Below, one piece after another: positions 32,712-42,795 of a stretch of DNA of 64,000 bases (position 1 is the first letter of the stretch; the number at the start of each line of letters is the position of its first letter). This DNA is from a virus, in IMG/VR virus record IMGVR_UViG_3300045988_097776, one strand, 5' to 3'. The position numbers and the translations under genes were made by a program. Below the pieces are notes generated by a model that was not told the origin of the DNA, did not search any database, and worked only from the letters and a program-made list of their open reading frames with translations.

Positions 32712-34601
32712 TTAATCAAAATTAAATCCAAGCTCATTGGCATTGTCATAAATATATTGCTTTCTAGGTTCAACTGCACTACCCATAAGGACATTTAATA
32801 GCTTTGTAGCCTCTTCTGCATCAGAGATAGTGATTCTCTTATATCTTTCGTTCATGAAGCAAACTTTCTGCAAATCTTCTGGATTTAATTCTCCGAGTCC
32901 TTTTGCTCTTAAAATATCATAAGAGCCATTATGACTTTTTTTCCACTCTTCTAGCTCATCGTCAGAGTAACAGTAGTATTCGTTTCCTCTTTGGCGAACA
33001 ATATATAAGGGGGTTACAGCTCGATATAGCTTACCTGCCTCTACCAATGGACGCATATAAGTAAAAAAGAATGTAATAAGCATTAGCTCAATATCTGCTC
33101 CATCGCTATCAGCATCAGCGGTAATAACTACTTTATCAAAGTTTATCTTTGATACATCAAAAGAAGTACCAAATCCACCACCTATAACTCTAACTACATC
33201 AGACATTTCTTGGTTAGATAAAATCTTCTCTATGGCAGTTTTCAAGGGAGAAATAATTTTACCTCTTAGCATATAAATACAGTCTGTTTTTGGATTGCGG
33301 GCTTCTACGGCAGAAGCGCCAGCAGACAAACCCTCTACGAGAAGTAAATTTCGCTCTTTGGGATTTTTGTTTATGCAATCAATAAATTTATTACTAATTT
33401 GCATTTTTGCCTTTAGTCCATTTTCTTTTTTAGGCTTTAATCCTCTGGCTGCTTCTCTAGCTTTTCTGGCTGCTTCTCTAGCTTTACGCGCATTAAGCGC
33501 CTTGTCCGCGATTCCTTTTATATCTTTTTCGTTTGCTGCAAACCAATATTGCAATTCCTCTGCTATTGCTTGCGTAAATGGTTTCATATCAAGTTTTGTG
33601 ATTCTTGACTTAACCTGTGCGTCGTAGGCTACATTGGGGGCGGTAATATTAAAGACGAGATACATTCCTTCTTGACAGTCTTCGCCAGTAAGATTATCGT
33701 CTTTTTCTTTTAACCACCCTTTTTCACGGAAAAACTTATTCATTTCTCTTGTTAAAAGGGTTTTAATTTGCGTAATATGTGGACCTGTTTCTGTTAAACC
33801 AGTATTAACATAAGGAACAATGGTAGAAGAATAATTATTTGTATAAGTTAGAGCTAAATCCAACTTATTTTTAGCTTCGGAAAAATTAATTGATAGACGA
33901 TTTTTTAAGATCTCTTTCCCTTTAACGGCCTCGTCTAGTAAATCCATTAGACCATTCTTTGAGAAGAATTCTGTTTTTTCTCCGTTGTTATCGAGCTTGA
34001 TAGTTAAACCCGGACAGAGACATACAATAGTTTTAAACAGTTCAGTTAGAGCCTTTACATCTGGACGAGGATCAGTGAAAAACTCCTCGCTTGCTCTCCA
34101 GAATACAGAAGTTCCATGAATATTTTTATCAACCTCAGTAGAATCTCTATCTGCGAAAACTCCCTCATTAAAAGTGATTCGCTCTCCCTGTCCATCTCTA
34201 TATGTTGTAACAATTAATTCGTGACTGAGATAAGTAGCGAGTTTACTACCGATACCAAAGCTACCTAAAGAAGTACCTTCATAAGTTCCATCTTCTCTAT
34301 ATTTTCCGCTTGTGTTTAAAACACTAAAAGCAGCTTCAAGAATTGTCTTTCCATCTTCTCTAAAAGAATTTGGAATGAATCCTTGTCCCTGATCACCAAC
34401 TGTGACTCTTGCTCCATGGATTTCTACTGTGATTAAATTTCCATGACCTAATCTAAATTCATCAACAGCATTAGAGACAATCTCTACAACTAACTGCGTG
34501 GAAGTAGATGTGTCTCCGCAATAAACTCCGGGTCTTAAACGAGTAAATTCAAGAGGAGAAAGAGATTCAATACTTTTTTCATCATATAATTTTCCAGCCA
34601 T
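32712..34601 (-). CDS. type IIA DNA topoisomerase, GyrB/ParE-like ATPase-TOPRIM subunit
   Basis: GHKL ATPase N-terminus and the TOPRIM motif LLVEGLSAGAS. Confidence 0.85.
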   Translation of the reverse strand: MAGKLYDEKSIESLSPLEFTRLRPGVYCGDTSTSTQLVVEIVSNAVDEFRLGHGNLITVEIHGARVTVGDQGQGFIPNSFREDGKTILEAAFSVLNTSGKYREDGTYEGTSLGSFGIGSKLATYLSHELIVTTYRDGQGERITFNEGVFADRDSTEVDKNIHGTSVFWRASEEFFTDPRPDVKALTELFKTIVCLCPGLTIKLDNNGEKTEFFSKNGLMDLLDEAVKGKEILKNRLSINFSEAKNKLDLALTYTNNYSSTIVPYVNTGLTETGPHITQIKTLLTREMNKFFREKGWLKEKDDNLTGEDCQEGMYLVFNITAPNVAYDAQVKSRITKLDMKPFTQAIAEELQYWFAANEKDIKGIADKALNARKAREAARKAREAARGLKPKKENGLKAKMQISNKFIDCINKNPKERNLLLVEGLSAGASAVEARNPKTDCIYMLRGKIISPLKTAIEKILSNQEMSDVVRVIGGGFGTSFDVSKINFDKVVITADADSDGADIELMLITFFFTYMRPLVEAGKLYRAVTPLYIVRQRGNEYYCYSDDELEEWKKSHNGSYDILRAKGLGELNPEDLQKVCFMNERYKRITISDAEEATKLLNVLMGSAVEPRKQYIYDNANELGFNFD

Positions 34602-35063
34602 TTATTCACCATACTCTCTTAAAATTTCTTCTTTAGTCATTCTTTCAGTGGCTAACGCGTCGGCTAGTTCATTATAAAGCTCACCATCATGACCTTTAAT
34701 TTTTCTTAGATCAATCTTGTAATCTTGTCTTAGCATATCATAAATTTTAATTAAATCAAGATTTTCAAGTTTCTTTCCGCCTGCGCGTACCCATCCATTT
34801 GCTTTCCAGCTATTTATCCATGAATTGAAACTATTTACACAATAAGAAGAATCGCTATAGACTATTGGGACAAAGAAATCTCCCTCTTTTGCGCCATAGT
34901 GTTCTAGCGCATATATAATAGCTTTCATTTCCTCTCTATTGTTTGTAGTTTGTGGTTCACGCTCTGAGTAAGCGTCTATAACGACATCATTATCAACTAC
35001 AATAACTCCAAAACCTCCTGGCCCAGGATTACCTAGGCAAGAACCATCGGTATATATAGTCAT
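34602..35063 (-). CDS. rnhA: ribonuclease HI
   Basis: MTIYTDGSCLGNPGPGGFG. Confidence 0.85.
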   Translation of the reverse strand: MTIYTDGSCLGNPGPGGFGVIVVDNDVVIDAYSEREPQTTNNREEMKAIIYALEHYGAKEGDFFVPIVYSDSSYCVNSFNSWINSWKANGWVRAGGKKLENLDLIKIYDMLRQDYKIDLRKIKGHDGELYNELADALATERMTKEEILREYGE

Positions 35064-35099
35064 AAGACATAAATCTCCTTTATTTTAATTCTTTTCATT

Positions 35100-35125
35100 T
35101 TCTGAATATATAATATCATATATTT
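35100..35125 (-). promoter_or_regulatory. conserved phage promoter motif variant (TGATATTAT)
   Basis: Minus-strand TATGATATTATATATTCAG. Confidence 0.4.
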
Positions 35126-35152
35126 TAAGAAAAATCAAGCTACAAACAAATA

Positions 35153-35187
35153 AAGGCTTAATGGGATAAATACCCATTAAGCCTTTA
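35153..35187 (-). terminator. terminator hairpin with a 15-bp perfect stem
   Basis: AAAGGCTTAATGGG ataaat ACCCATTAAGCCTTT. Confidence 0.6.
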
Positions 35188-35189
35188 TA

Positions 35190-35531
35190 TTAAATAGGGC
35201 CATCGAGATCAATAGGAATATCATTAGATGCCGAAAAATCTTCTGTCTAAACAGTATATATAGATGCGGAATTAGATTCAATTTCTTTTAAAGCTAAATC
35301 GTAGGTTATTCCACCCTTTTTATGATCTGATTTAGCCATCGTTAGATAGAAGGAGCAAACTATACCATGAGCACTCCATGGTAAACCTATAAGAGCACTA
35401 ATCCATGGCAAAGTCCCCAAATAACCCATATAGACGCACATAAATGCTAAAAGTATTCCTGATATGGTTATAATCCACAATAGCAAGCGAATATCATTTA
35501 TGAGCTTCTTAGAAAATTCTATCTTTTTCAT
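35190..35531 (-). CDS. two-TM small membrane protein, holin candidate (1 in-frame TAG)
   Basis: It lies immediately downstream of the endolysin. ORF 35247..35531 ends at TAG, and read-through to TAA 35190-35192 adds a charged C-terminus. Confidence 0.45.
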
Positions 35532-35532
35532 C

Positions 35533-36408
35533 TTAAAGTCCTAGCTTTTCCGCCAATCTTCTAATCATAGTTACTGTTTCTAATCTAGTACAGAATTTGT
35601 TTGGCATCATTCTTCCAGCGCTGTCGCCGGCCATAATTCCATTTGTCTTAGCCCATTCGAGATTATCGGAACCCCATGTCTCTTTTTCATTAGCTTTATT
35701 GGTTAGCCAAGTATTCATAAGCTCAGCGAATTTTTCATCAGTCATATCTTCATCATCCTCCTAAATATTTGTCATTAGGTTATAAACGTCTGTTCTTGCT
35801 GTTTCCATGCTTTTTCCAAATTTTGGAAACCAATGGTTTACATCTGCATGGTTAGAACCTAATCCTAGTTTATGACTATCAGCATGACATAAAATGGTTG
35901 GAACAGTGATACCATTTAAAGTAGTCGTTCCTAATGGATTTATGTTATACATCTTACATAAATAGGCAGTAATCTAACAAGCTTCTTCATAAATCTTATT
36001 AAAATAGTCTGCATTATTTAAACCATCTTCGCAAATTTCAAACTAAATCCATCCATTATTACAAGAGCCTTTAGTTCCAGAACCACATCCCCAAGGACGA
36101 TAATTCCATGGCATTGTCTATATTGTTGTTACTGTTCCATCTGCTAGCTTGCCAATCCAGCAATTTAGCCCAGCTTGAATAGATACATGATTCCAGTCAT
36201 TTTTACTTGTATTCTTTCCTATTTTACTTATTAAAGTATTATAGTTGGGATCATTATCGCTAGGTTGAACATATCTTTTTAAATTAGGATTATTCGCGCC
36301 TGTACTATGCCATAAAATTCCTTTAACTTGCATAGTGCGTGTCTATTTATAGCAAGTGCTATTAGTCATCATGCATTGAAGTGGTTTATTGCTATCACTA
36401 TATTTCAT
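35533..36408 (-). CDS. endolysin: N-acetylmuramoyl-L-alanine amidase (Amidase_2/PGRP fold) with C-terminal SLH-like domain (4 in-frame TAGs)
   Basis: ORFs 35533..35745, 35761..35952 and 36118..36333 share one frame. Contains GILWHSTGANNP and TILCHADSH...SNHAD. SLH-like C-terminus WAKTNGIMAGDSAGRMMPNKFCTRLETVTMIRRL. RBS GGAGG and ATG at 36406-36408. Confidence 0.65.
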
Positions 36409-36939
36409 TTTATTACCTCCTTCAATTATATTTGAAATATTAGCAAATTTATTATAATACTATTGACCATAACTTGTTCTCTTTTGTTGCATATAAATAC
36501 TCTAATCCGCAGGTTTTTCAAACTAAATCAATACTGCCGTAGATGCTACTTCAACAGAAACGGCAGAAATTAAAATATTAACTAAAGAAGAAAAACTTGT
36601 AACTAACTCCTAATATAAAAAATCTAATTGGGTGTTTAAATCTCCAATAGATCTTCCACGATTTTGACAGAACTAAAGTAGATTTTGTTTTCTGCTCCAG
36701 AATGTCCATTGAGCTAGGCCATAGCCGGCTCCGTCTTTTACAAAGTTTTTATACCTTCCATCATCAACTGCGGAGGTATATCCTGCGTCGGTCATTTTTA
36801 ATTTTTTTTCATAGGTGTTCTATAAGTTAATAGAATTAAGACCACTTTCGGCATAAAGATTACCCATTAAACCGGCAATTCCGCAATCACTAAAACCTTT
36901 GCCTTTAAAATATTTCCAAATAATTTGAGCATTAGTCAT
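36409..36939 (-). CDS. Lyz2-type lysozyme-like domain, in the same frame as the endolysin with no TAA/TGA between (possible three-domain fusion)
   Basis: From ATG 36937-36939: CGIAGLMGNLYAESGLNSINLQNTYEKK...GYGLAQWTFWSRKQNLLQF. Confidence 0.4.
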
Positions 36940-36941
36940 TT

Positions 36942-37796
36942 TTATTTTTTTGTAATGAAAGAGCTATATCCAGCAGATTTTAATTTATCTTTTAGTCTTT
37001 CTGCATTTAATTTCACAGAGAAAGCACCTAATTGAACTTTATAAAAAATTCCTACTTTCTTGACATACCCGCTAAATCCTTTCTCTTCCAATTCCTTTAA
37101 CATATTCTCTGCATTGGTTTTAGATAGAAATGCTCCTACTTGAACTCTGTAAAGAACTACCTCTTGTTCTTTCTTAAAATATACACACATTACATTATCA
37201 ACTGATCTTGCATAAATTTGAGAAGTTTTTCTTTTCCCATCTATTAGTAATCTAGTAGATCCGCCTCCATCTAAATTAATAGCATATTCTACTTTCAATT
37301 CAAGAAAAATTTGCTATAGGGCAGCATAAACAAGACCTGGAGAATCTACGGTTACAATATAATAATTATTTTTATTCCATCCAATACAAGTCCTGCGGGC
37401 TTTATAATCTAATTCTTTTCCATCTGTTATAACTACTTTTTTGCTATCTACAATTAATGCAGGATAAGCTGCGATAAAATCTCTAGCGGTTTCATAATCT
37501 TTTAATGTTGTATATATAAGTGTTTTATTGCCGCTAATTGCAACTCCATGACGAAAATCAGACTAAATAACAGTTCCTTCGTCTTTATAACTAAAGCAGG
37601 TGTTGCCATTATTCATGGCAAAGAAACCTCCATTAGTAATAATATCTGGTTTAGTAGCCTGTCTTTTATAATAAGCATCTGGAGTTTCCGTCGGTTGATT
37701 GCATAAGGCAAAGTCAATTTTTTCAATGTCTGTGAAGGGAATTGTTACAATTTGAACATAAGAATAGAGACTATGTTTTTTGATACTATATCCCAT
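36942..37796 (-). CDS. phosphodiester-glycosidase-like (DUF2233/NAGPA) domain protein with two C-terminal SPOR peptidoglycan-binding repeats
   Basis: ORFs 37563..37796 and 36942..37298 share one frame, joined through TAGs. Contains ITNGGFF and AINLDGGGST, and two YRVQVGAF..NAE repeats. Confidence 0.5.
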
Positions 37797-37849
37797 ACTT
37801 TATCTCCTTTCAATAATAAAACCCAATCTCTAAAGAGATTGGGTTTAAA

Positions 37850-39106
37850 TCAAATATATTCAGCTATTTGCGCGATTCTAGATCTATAAATATTACGGAG
37901 TTCTACTTCACCGTATATATCTTGTCCTCTATAAACTTTAGAAACTCGTTTCATTCCATTGTTTATGCCAGCAAAATGAATATCATCAACTTGAGTTTTT
38001 TCATCGCCGTCAATGATACAAATGCAATCCTCTCCAATTCTTTGAAGAGCCAACTTAATAAGTGTACGATCTAAATTCTGAGCTTCAGAAATGTATATAC
38101 CTGCTCTTGAACCATTGGTATCATATCCTCTAATATCCGACATTGGTAGTAAAATTAATTTTTCTTCGCTCATAAGATGTTCTACTCCCGTTCTACCGCT
38201 GAATTTAGATATTAAGAGATTGCCGATTTGAGAGTCTAATAGTTTTTCATCTCTTGTTCCAGGTAGAAATCCTAATCTTGCACTATTGGCTGTGGCAACG
38301 GTATTGCAAAATACAATAATATGATCAAGTTCGCCTTTTTCTAGCTTAGACATTAAATAGGCTAAGCTAATAAATGTTTTACCAGATCCCGCAGGCCCTT
38401 TAATCAAGGTAATTTTATTATTAGATAAGCTATCAAAAAGTAATTTTTGGTAAATATCATTTTGATATGGCTTTACTTTTCCAAACCAATTTGAATTAAA
38501 GTCATTATAATTTAGATATCTATGGTCGTTTCCAGTCCATACTCTCAAATCTACCACTTTATCATCCATATCTCTTATAATGAGATATTCTCCAACATGA
38601 AGATTAAAATGATTCAGCTCTGGTTTTTGATAAAACTCTGTAAGATTCTCATCACTAGCAGAAATTTCTTTATATCCACTATAATTATCAGTTTCTTCTG
38701 GAATACTTTCTATCATGTCAGACCCGAAGAATAGATTTGCAATATGCTTTAGGCTTAAATCATTTGTTACAAAGATGACTTCATCCACTCTTTTATTATT
38801 ATTATACCAAATTGCATCAGACAGTATCCTTGTATCATCCGTTACGTCAAGACACATTTCTTTAATATAGTCTTCAAAATCTGTTTGATGGATTACTACT
38901 TCATACATATCAGGGTGCGTTTCAAATAAATGTAGCAATAATCTAGCTGAATATTTTATATCTGAATCTTTATTGTTAGCGGTTTTAATTCTTTCCAATT
39001 CCTGAAAAGTAATTGATGATACAATAAATTTTTCATCATTATTGAATAAGCCTTCTCCGCATATCAATAGTGAACAAGTATCATAGAACCGAATATCTTT
39101 ATTCAT
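37850..39106 (-). CDS. PhoH-like ATPase with N-terminal PIN domain
   Basis: PIN-like N-terminus with a P-loop LIKGPAGSGKT. Confidence 0.8.
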   Translation of the reverse strand: MNKDIRFYDTCSLLICGEGLFNNDEKFIVSSITFQELERIKTANNKDSDIKYSARLLLHLFETHPDMYEVVIHQTDFEDYIKEMCLDVTDDTRILSDAIWYNNNKRVDEVIFVTNDLSLKHIANLFFGSDMIESIPEETDNYSGYKEISASDENLTEFYQKPELNHFNLHVGEYLIIRDMDDKVVDLRVWTGNDHRYLNYNDFNSNWFGKVKPYQNDIYQKLLFDSLSNNKITLIKGPAGSGKTFISLAYLMSKLEKGELDHIIVFCNTVATANSARLGFLPGTRDEKLLDSQIGNLLISKFSGRTGVEHLMSEEKLILLPMSDIRGYDTNGSRAGIYISEAQNLDRTLIKLALQRIGEDCICIIDGDEKTQVDDIHFAGINNGMKRVSKVYRGQDIYGEVELRNIYRSRIAQIAEYI

Positions 39107-39329
39107 AATTTTCCTCTTCCTCTTCTGATGTAGTAGTAGTAAATCCTATAGCTTTTACACTCTTATTTATAGAGTTATTTAATCTATCTATTTTAGCATT
39201 ACACTCTACTATTTTTATACTTAATCTCGCTTTTAAGAGTTCTACAAAGACAGAAATAAGCTCTTTCAAGTCCAAAATGATTGGAATACCCAACGATCCA
39301 ATAAGAATACCTATAAGTAAATATAACAA
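39099..39329 (-). CDS. small TM protein
   Basis: ORF starting MLYLLIGILIGSLGIPIIL. Confidence 0.4.
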   Translation of the reverse strand: MLYLLIGILIGSLGIPIILDLKELISVFVELLKARLSIKIVECNAKIDRLNNSINKSVKAIGFTTTTSEEEEENYE

Positions 39330-39374
39330 AATGTACCACCTTCTTCTTTATATATAACAAAAAAAGAAGGAGAT

Positions 39375-39836
39375 TTAATTATTATTGCCCTGACGAAATT
39401 TTCTAACTATCGAGAGCGCCTTAGTTTGATTTTTAATGTAAGTTTTTAAGTTAGTTTCTTCTGTTTTTAATGCTTTTTTAAGAGCGGAAATGCGAGATAT
39501 ATAGCGCGTTATAGCATGATAAAAGTTGCCAGTAGGGTCCACTTCCGCGGGACCTGCTTTTCCGTACTTCGTTGCCTCTTGATAGAAATCATATCTATAT
39601 TCCATTTCTTTTCGAGATTTTTTAATCTCGTAGTTCATAGCATTCATTCTTGCTTTTGATAAAGCGATATTTCTACCAACTCTATAGGAATAAAAACCTT
39701 TATCATTTTCTGCTAATTTTGCGTTCCCTGTAAATAACTTACCGTCATATAATATACCTATAATTGTATCTCCAATATTTTCATCAATTACTTCAGTTAC
39801 TATTGGAGCTTTATATATTGCGCTTACTACACTCAT
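39375..39836 (-). CDS. hypothetical protein
   Basis: ORF. Confidence 0.5.
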   Translation of the reverse strand: MSVVSAIYKAPIVTEVIDENIGDTIIGILYDGKLFTGNAKLAENDKGFYSYRVGRNIALSKARMNAMNYEIKKSRKEMEYRYDFYQEATKYGKAGPAEVDPTGNFYHAITRYISRISALKKALKTEETNLKTYIKNQTKALSIVRKFRQGNNN

Positions 39837-39872
39837 TATAAGTTTCTCCTAATCTTTTAAATCTTATATTTA

Positions 39873-39903
39873 GATTATATCATTTATTTATAGAAAAATC
39901 AAT
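39873..39903 (-). promoter_or_regulatory. strong sigma-70-like promoter (TTGATT, 17-nt spacer, TGATATAAT)
   Basis: Minus-strand TTGATTTTTCTATAAATAAATGATATAAT. Confidence 0.55.
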
Positions 39904-39930
39904 TATTTTAAGTATTTTGAAGAAAAAATT

Positions 39931-39960
39931 GCTGGGCCTATGCGCACGGAAACTCGGAGT
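39931..39960. other. conserved intergenic box, copy 1 (GGGCCTRTGCGMACGRAAACTCGGAG)
   Basis: Near-identical 26 to 35-nt sequence also at 63851-63880. Both lie between a terminator hairpin and a promoter. Flanking CCTA..TAGG versus CCTG..CAGG show a compensatory change. Confidence 0.5.
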
Positions 39961-39997
39961 ATCACGAAGCTAGGCATAAAAAAAAGACCTCTAACCA

Positions 39998-40027
39998 TAT
40001 TGGTTAGAGGTCTGATAAATTAATTAT
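39998..40027 (-). terminator. rho-independent terminator
   Basis: AGACCTCTAACC atat TGGTTAGAGGTCT, preceded on plus by an A8 run (a T-run on the minus strand). Confidence 0.65.
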
Positions 40028-40757
40028 TGTTTGGATGTATTATGAAGGTACTCGTTTCTAATAGCAAATCTTTAAGTTCTATATCTTGATAATGCGTATA
40101 TGGAATGCGAATTATTGGGATGTTATTATCGAAGCAATAGTTATTCTTTTCAGTATCTCGAATTTGTTGACTTTCTTTTGTATGAATTTCATTTCCCCAT
40201 TTGCTATCCTAGAAATGCTATTTTCCATCATATTCTATAACATATTTATCCTATATAAAGAAGTCATATCGGAATAATGTACCATAAAAAATTTTTTCTT
40301 TAACAAAAGGAATTTTAGCATCTCGTAGTATTTCTGCAATCTTTTGCTCACCTAGAGATTTTATACATCCACAGCTTTTTGTATTTTCTTGTTGTAAAGA
40401 ATTACCAGACACAATAATGGTATTTCCACAATCGCATTTGCACTTCCAATAACTTTTTGTTGATCCGTTTGGATTTTTCTTAGTGCCATTAAATTCTATC
40501 ACTGTTAATAATCCAAACTTCTATCCAACAAGATTTTTTAAATTATCATGTCCAGTTTTCTTTGCCGCTTCTTTTTGTAAGCATCCACAGCTCTTTTTAT
40601 GGCCAGATTTAAGGTCTGCGCTAGACGCATAAGTTTCATTTCCACAAGAGCATTTACATCTCCAAATAACTCCACCTCTATGATCTCGCTGCTTTGTTTC
40701 TTCCAAGACGGTTAATTGATTAAATTGCTAACCAACTAAATTTATTTTTTTACCCAA
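40020..40757 (-). CDS. putative homing endonuclease: two zinc-ribbon repeats plus C-terminal Vsr/DUF559-like PD-(D/E)xK domain (6 in-frame TAGs)
   Basis: ORFs 40521..40706 and 40251..40502 are joined by TAG. Repeats NLVGQxF..LTV..W(R/K)CKCxCGN..SCGC. C-terminus DFFIQDKYVIEYDGKQHF. TTG start after AGAGGTGA. Stop TAA 40020-40022. Confidence 0.5.
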
Positions 40758-40803
40758 TTCAATCACCTCTAATATTAGTAAATGTTAGAGTAGATAAATT
40801 AAA

Positions 40804-41358
40804 TCAATTTGTAAAATTTTTTATATCATTGATAATGTTGTCTAGTAAAACTGGATAGCTATTATGGGCATCAACTTCACAATGATAAATAATTCCTTTG
40901 TCCATATCAACAAAAGGATTAGTAGTATGAGTATGTCCGCAAAGATTTATAATTTTATTTTTTAGAGGTTTATTTAAATCATCAAGATTACCAGTTAAAG
41001 TGGGGAAATGAGACATATAGAAGTGATATTTCTTGTATTTAAGAGCAATAGCCCAAGCAGTTTCCATCACATTAGGAAGCTTGGCATACATTTTCTTGCG
41101 GCTATCCGTACAGTGGTTTCCAAAAGCAATGTGGAGTTTTCCATTCATAGAGGAAATAAACTCCTTATTTCTCTCAAGACCGTCTGCTCCACCGAGGCAG
41201 AGGTCCCCAAGAACATATACATCATCTTCTGGAGTGACAATAGAGTTATGCCTCTCGATAAGAGCAACATTCATCTCTTCAACAGAGTTGAATCCACGAG
41301 ATTTATAGACAAATTCACGGTCATGCGAGAAGTGCCAATCCGAGGTTACGAAAATCAT
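40804..41358 (-). CDS. calcineurin-like metallophosphoesterase
   Basis: Contains DWHFSHD, GDLCLGG and GNHC. Confidence 0.6.
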   Translation of the reverse strand: MIFVTSDWHFSHDREFVYKSRGFNSVEEMNVALIERHNSIVTPEDDVYVLGDLCLGGADGLERNKEFISSMNGKLHIAFGNHCTDSRKKMYAKLPNVMETAWAIALKYKKYHFYMSHFPTLTGNLDDLNKPLKNKIINLCGHTHTTNPFVDMDKGIIYHCEVDAHNSYPVLLDNIINDIKNFTN

Positions 41359-41888
41359 TTATCTCTCTCCTCCATTCCATGATGATTAATTCTTACTTCT
41401 TTAAATCCGTACTTATAAAGTTTAAATTCTGCGGGAGTGGGAGATCTATAGTTTCTAGCCATCTTCCTAATTGCGGACTCTGGGACTTGAGAAAATCCTT
41501 CTCTCAAGCTATTGCGAGCGATACAGGTATCAATCCCGCAATCGCAAACTTCGAAGACAAGTCTTGTTTTTCCGTCCGGCCGCAGTCTACCCAATAGCTT
41601 TGCTCTTGATCCTTGGGAAATATGAGTTGCGTCAACAAAGACGTAATCAATTCCGATTTCGAGACATTCGTTAATCTGACGGACAAATTCTTCGAATACA
41701 TCATTCTCTTTTCCGAAGTAACTTCCATCACCAACGAAAGATTTTCTTATCTCGTCACGGGAGATAATAGTAGTATGAAAACCATCCATTTCAAGCAACT
41801 CAGCTTCTTTATGCGCCCAAGTAGATTTTCCACTACCGGGGATACCGACCATAACTTTTACTTCAATAGTCATACTGCTTTCCTCCAT
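41355..41888 (-). CDS. P-loop kinase resembling the polynucleotide kinase (Pnk) kinase domain
   Basis: VMVGIPGSGKSTWA. Confidence 0.55.
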   Translation of the reverse strand: MEESSMTIEVKVMVGIPGSGKSTWAHKEAELLEMDGFHTTIISRDEIRKSFVGDGSYFGKENDVFEEFVRQINECLEIGIDYVFVDATHISQGSRAKLLGRLRPDGKTRLVFEVCDCGIDTCIARNSLREGFSQVPESAIRKMARNYRSPTPAEFKLYKYGFKEVRINHHGMEERDK

Positions 41889-41949
41889 TCATTTAACTTT
41901 CTATAAATATTATAATATATTTTTTATAAAATATCAAAAGATTTTTATT

Positions 41950-42795
41950 TTAAATCTCAACTGGTTGAATTAGTTCTTCAATATAAGTCCTACCTTCATC
42001 TTTGAATAGAGGAATATTAAGGTCAATAAACCAATAGTGTTTAAAATGAATTGAGCCATCTTCTCTTTCCGTTTCTTCGCAGTCTTTTATACAACAAGAA
42101 CCTCTCTTCAAATAGGTCGGTAGACTATTCCAATCTATCCCCTTTTTGGAAATAAGCATCTCTAAAATTTCACTACTGCACTTACCCTGAAGTTCACTAT
42201 GAGAAAAATTTGCTTGACCAACCATTTGAATAGAATTGCGAATGGCATCTAACTGTCGCCAGTAAATGAGATTTGTTACCTCTTCTTTTGGGATATTAAA
42301 AACACGTGCATCAAACATAGCACCTTTTGCGCTTGCCATCCGTAAAGTTTTCATATATTCTTGATGTTTCTGTCGGATTTCTACACTTTGCGGAGTTAGA
42401 GAACACTTCCAATCAACTTCGTATGCTTCAATCGCTCGATGAAAAGCTTTATTAAAAGCCATTGTCGCCATAGATGCTGCAACAGAGCACATCTTTTGAA
42501 CTTCGTAGTCAAACCACGCTTCACTATTTAATTTCTTGTAATCAACAAGAATTAGAGTTATTTCATCACTTTGTGTATATCCAAGAACACATCCTTGAAT
42601 ATTTCTGCACAAATACTCTGTAGTTTCTTGCATAGCTTCAACTAACACTTCGTCAAATGGTTTTTTAAATCCTTTAGTGAAGGTATGAAATGCTTTTCCA
42701 TCAATTCTAATTGCTACTGGAGTTCTGCGCATGAGGTGAGTTTTAGGTACCTGTTCATAAAACTCCTTCATACGAGTACCAAGTTGGTCATTCAT
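41950..42795 (-). CDS. Thg1-like protein (tRNA-His guanylyltransferase family; 3'-5' nucleotide addition / tRNA 5'-end repair)
   Basis: AIRIDGKAFHTFTKGFKKPFD resembles the Thg1 VVRLDGRNFHRF core. Likely starts at the internal ATG 42793-42795 after GGAGGA. Confidence 0.55.
   Translation of the reverse strand: MNDQLGTRMKEFYEQVPKTHLMRRTPVAIRIDGKAFHTFTKGFKKPFDEVLVEAMQETTEYLCRNIQGCVLGYTQSDEITLILVDYKKLNSEAWFDYEVQKMCSVAASMATMAFNKAFHRAIEAYEVDWKCSLTPQSVEIRQKHQEYMKTLRMASAKGAMFDARVFNIPKEEVTNLIYWRQLDAIRNSIQMVGQANFSHSELQGKCSSEILEMLISKKGIDWNSLPTYLKRGSCCIKDCEETEREDGSIHFKHYWFIDLNIPLFKDEGRTYIEELIQPVEI

Noticed and set aside
40086-40277. 63-aa plus-strand ORF
   Set aside because: It lies within the minus-strand zinc-ribbon/DUF559 gene once TAG is read through.
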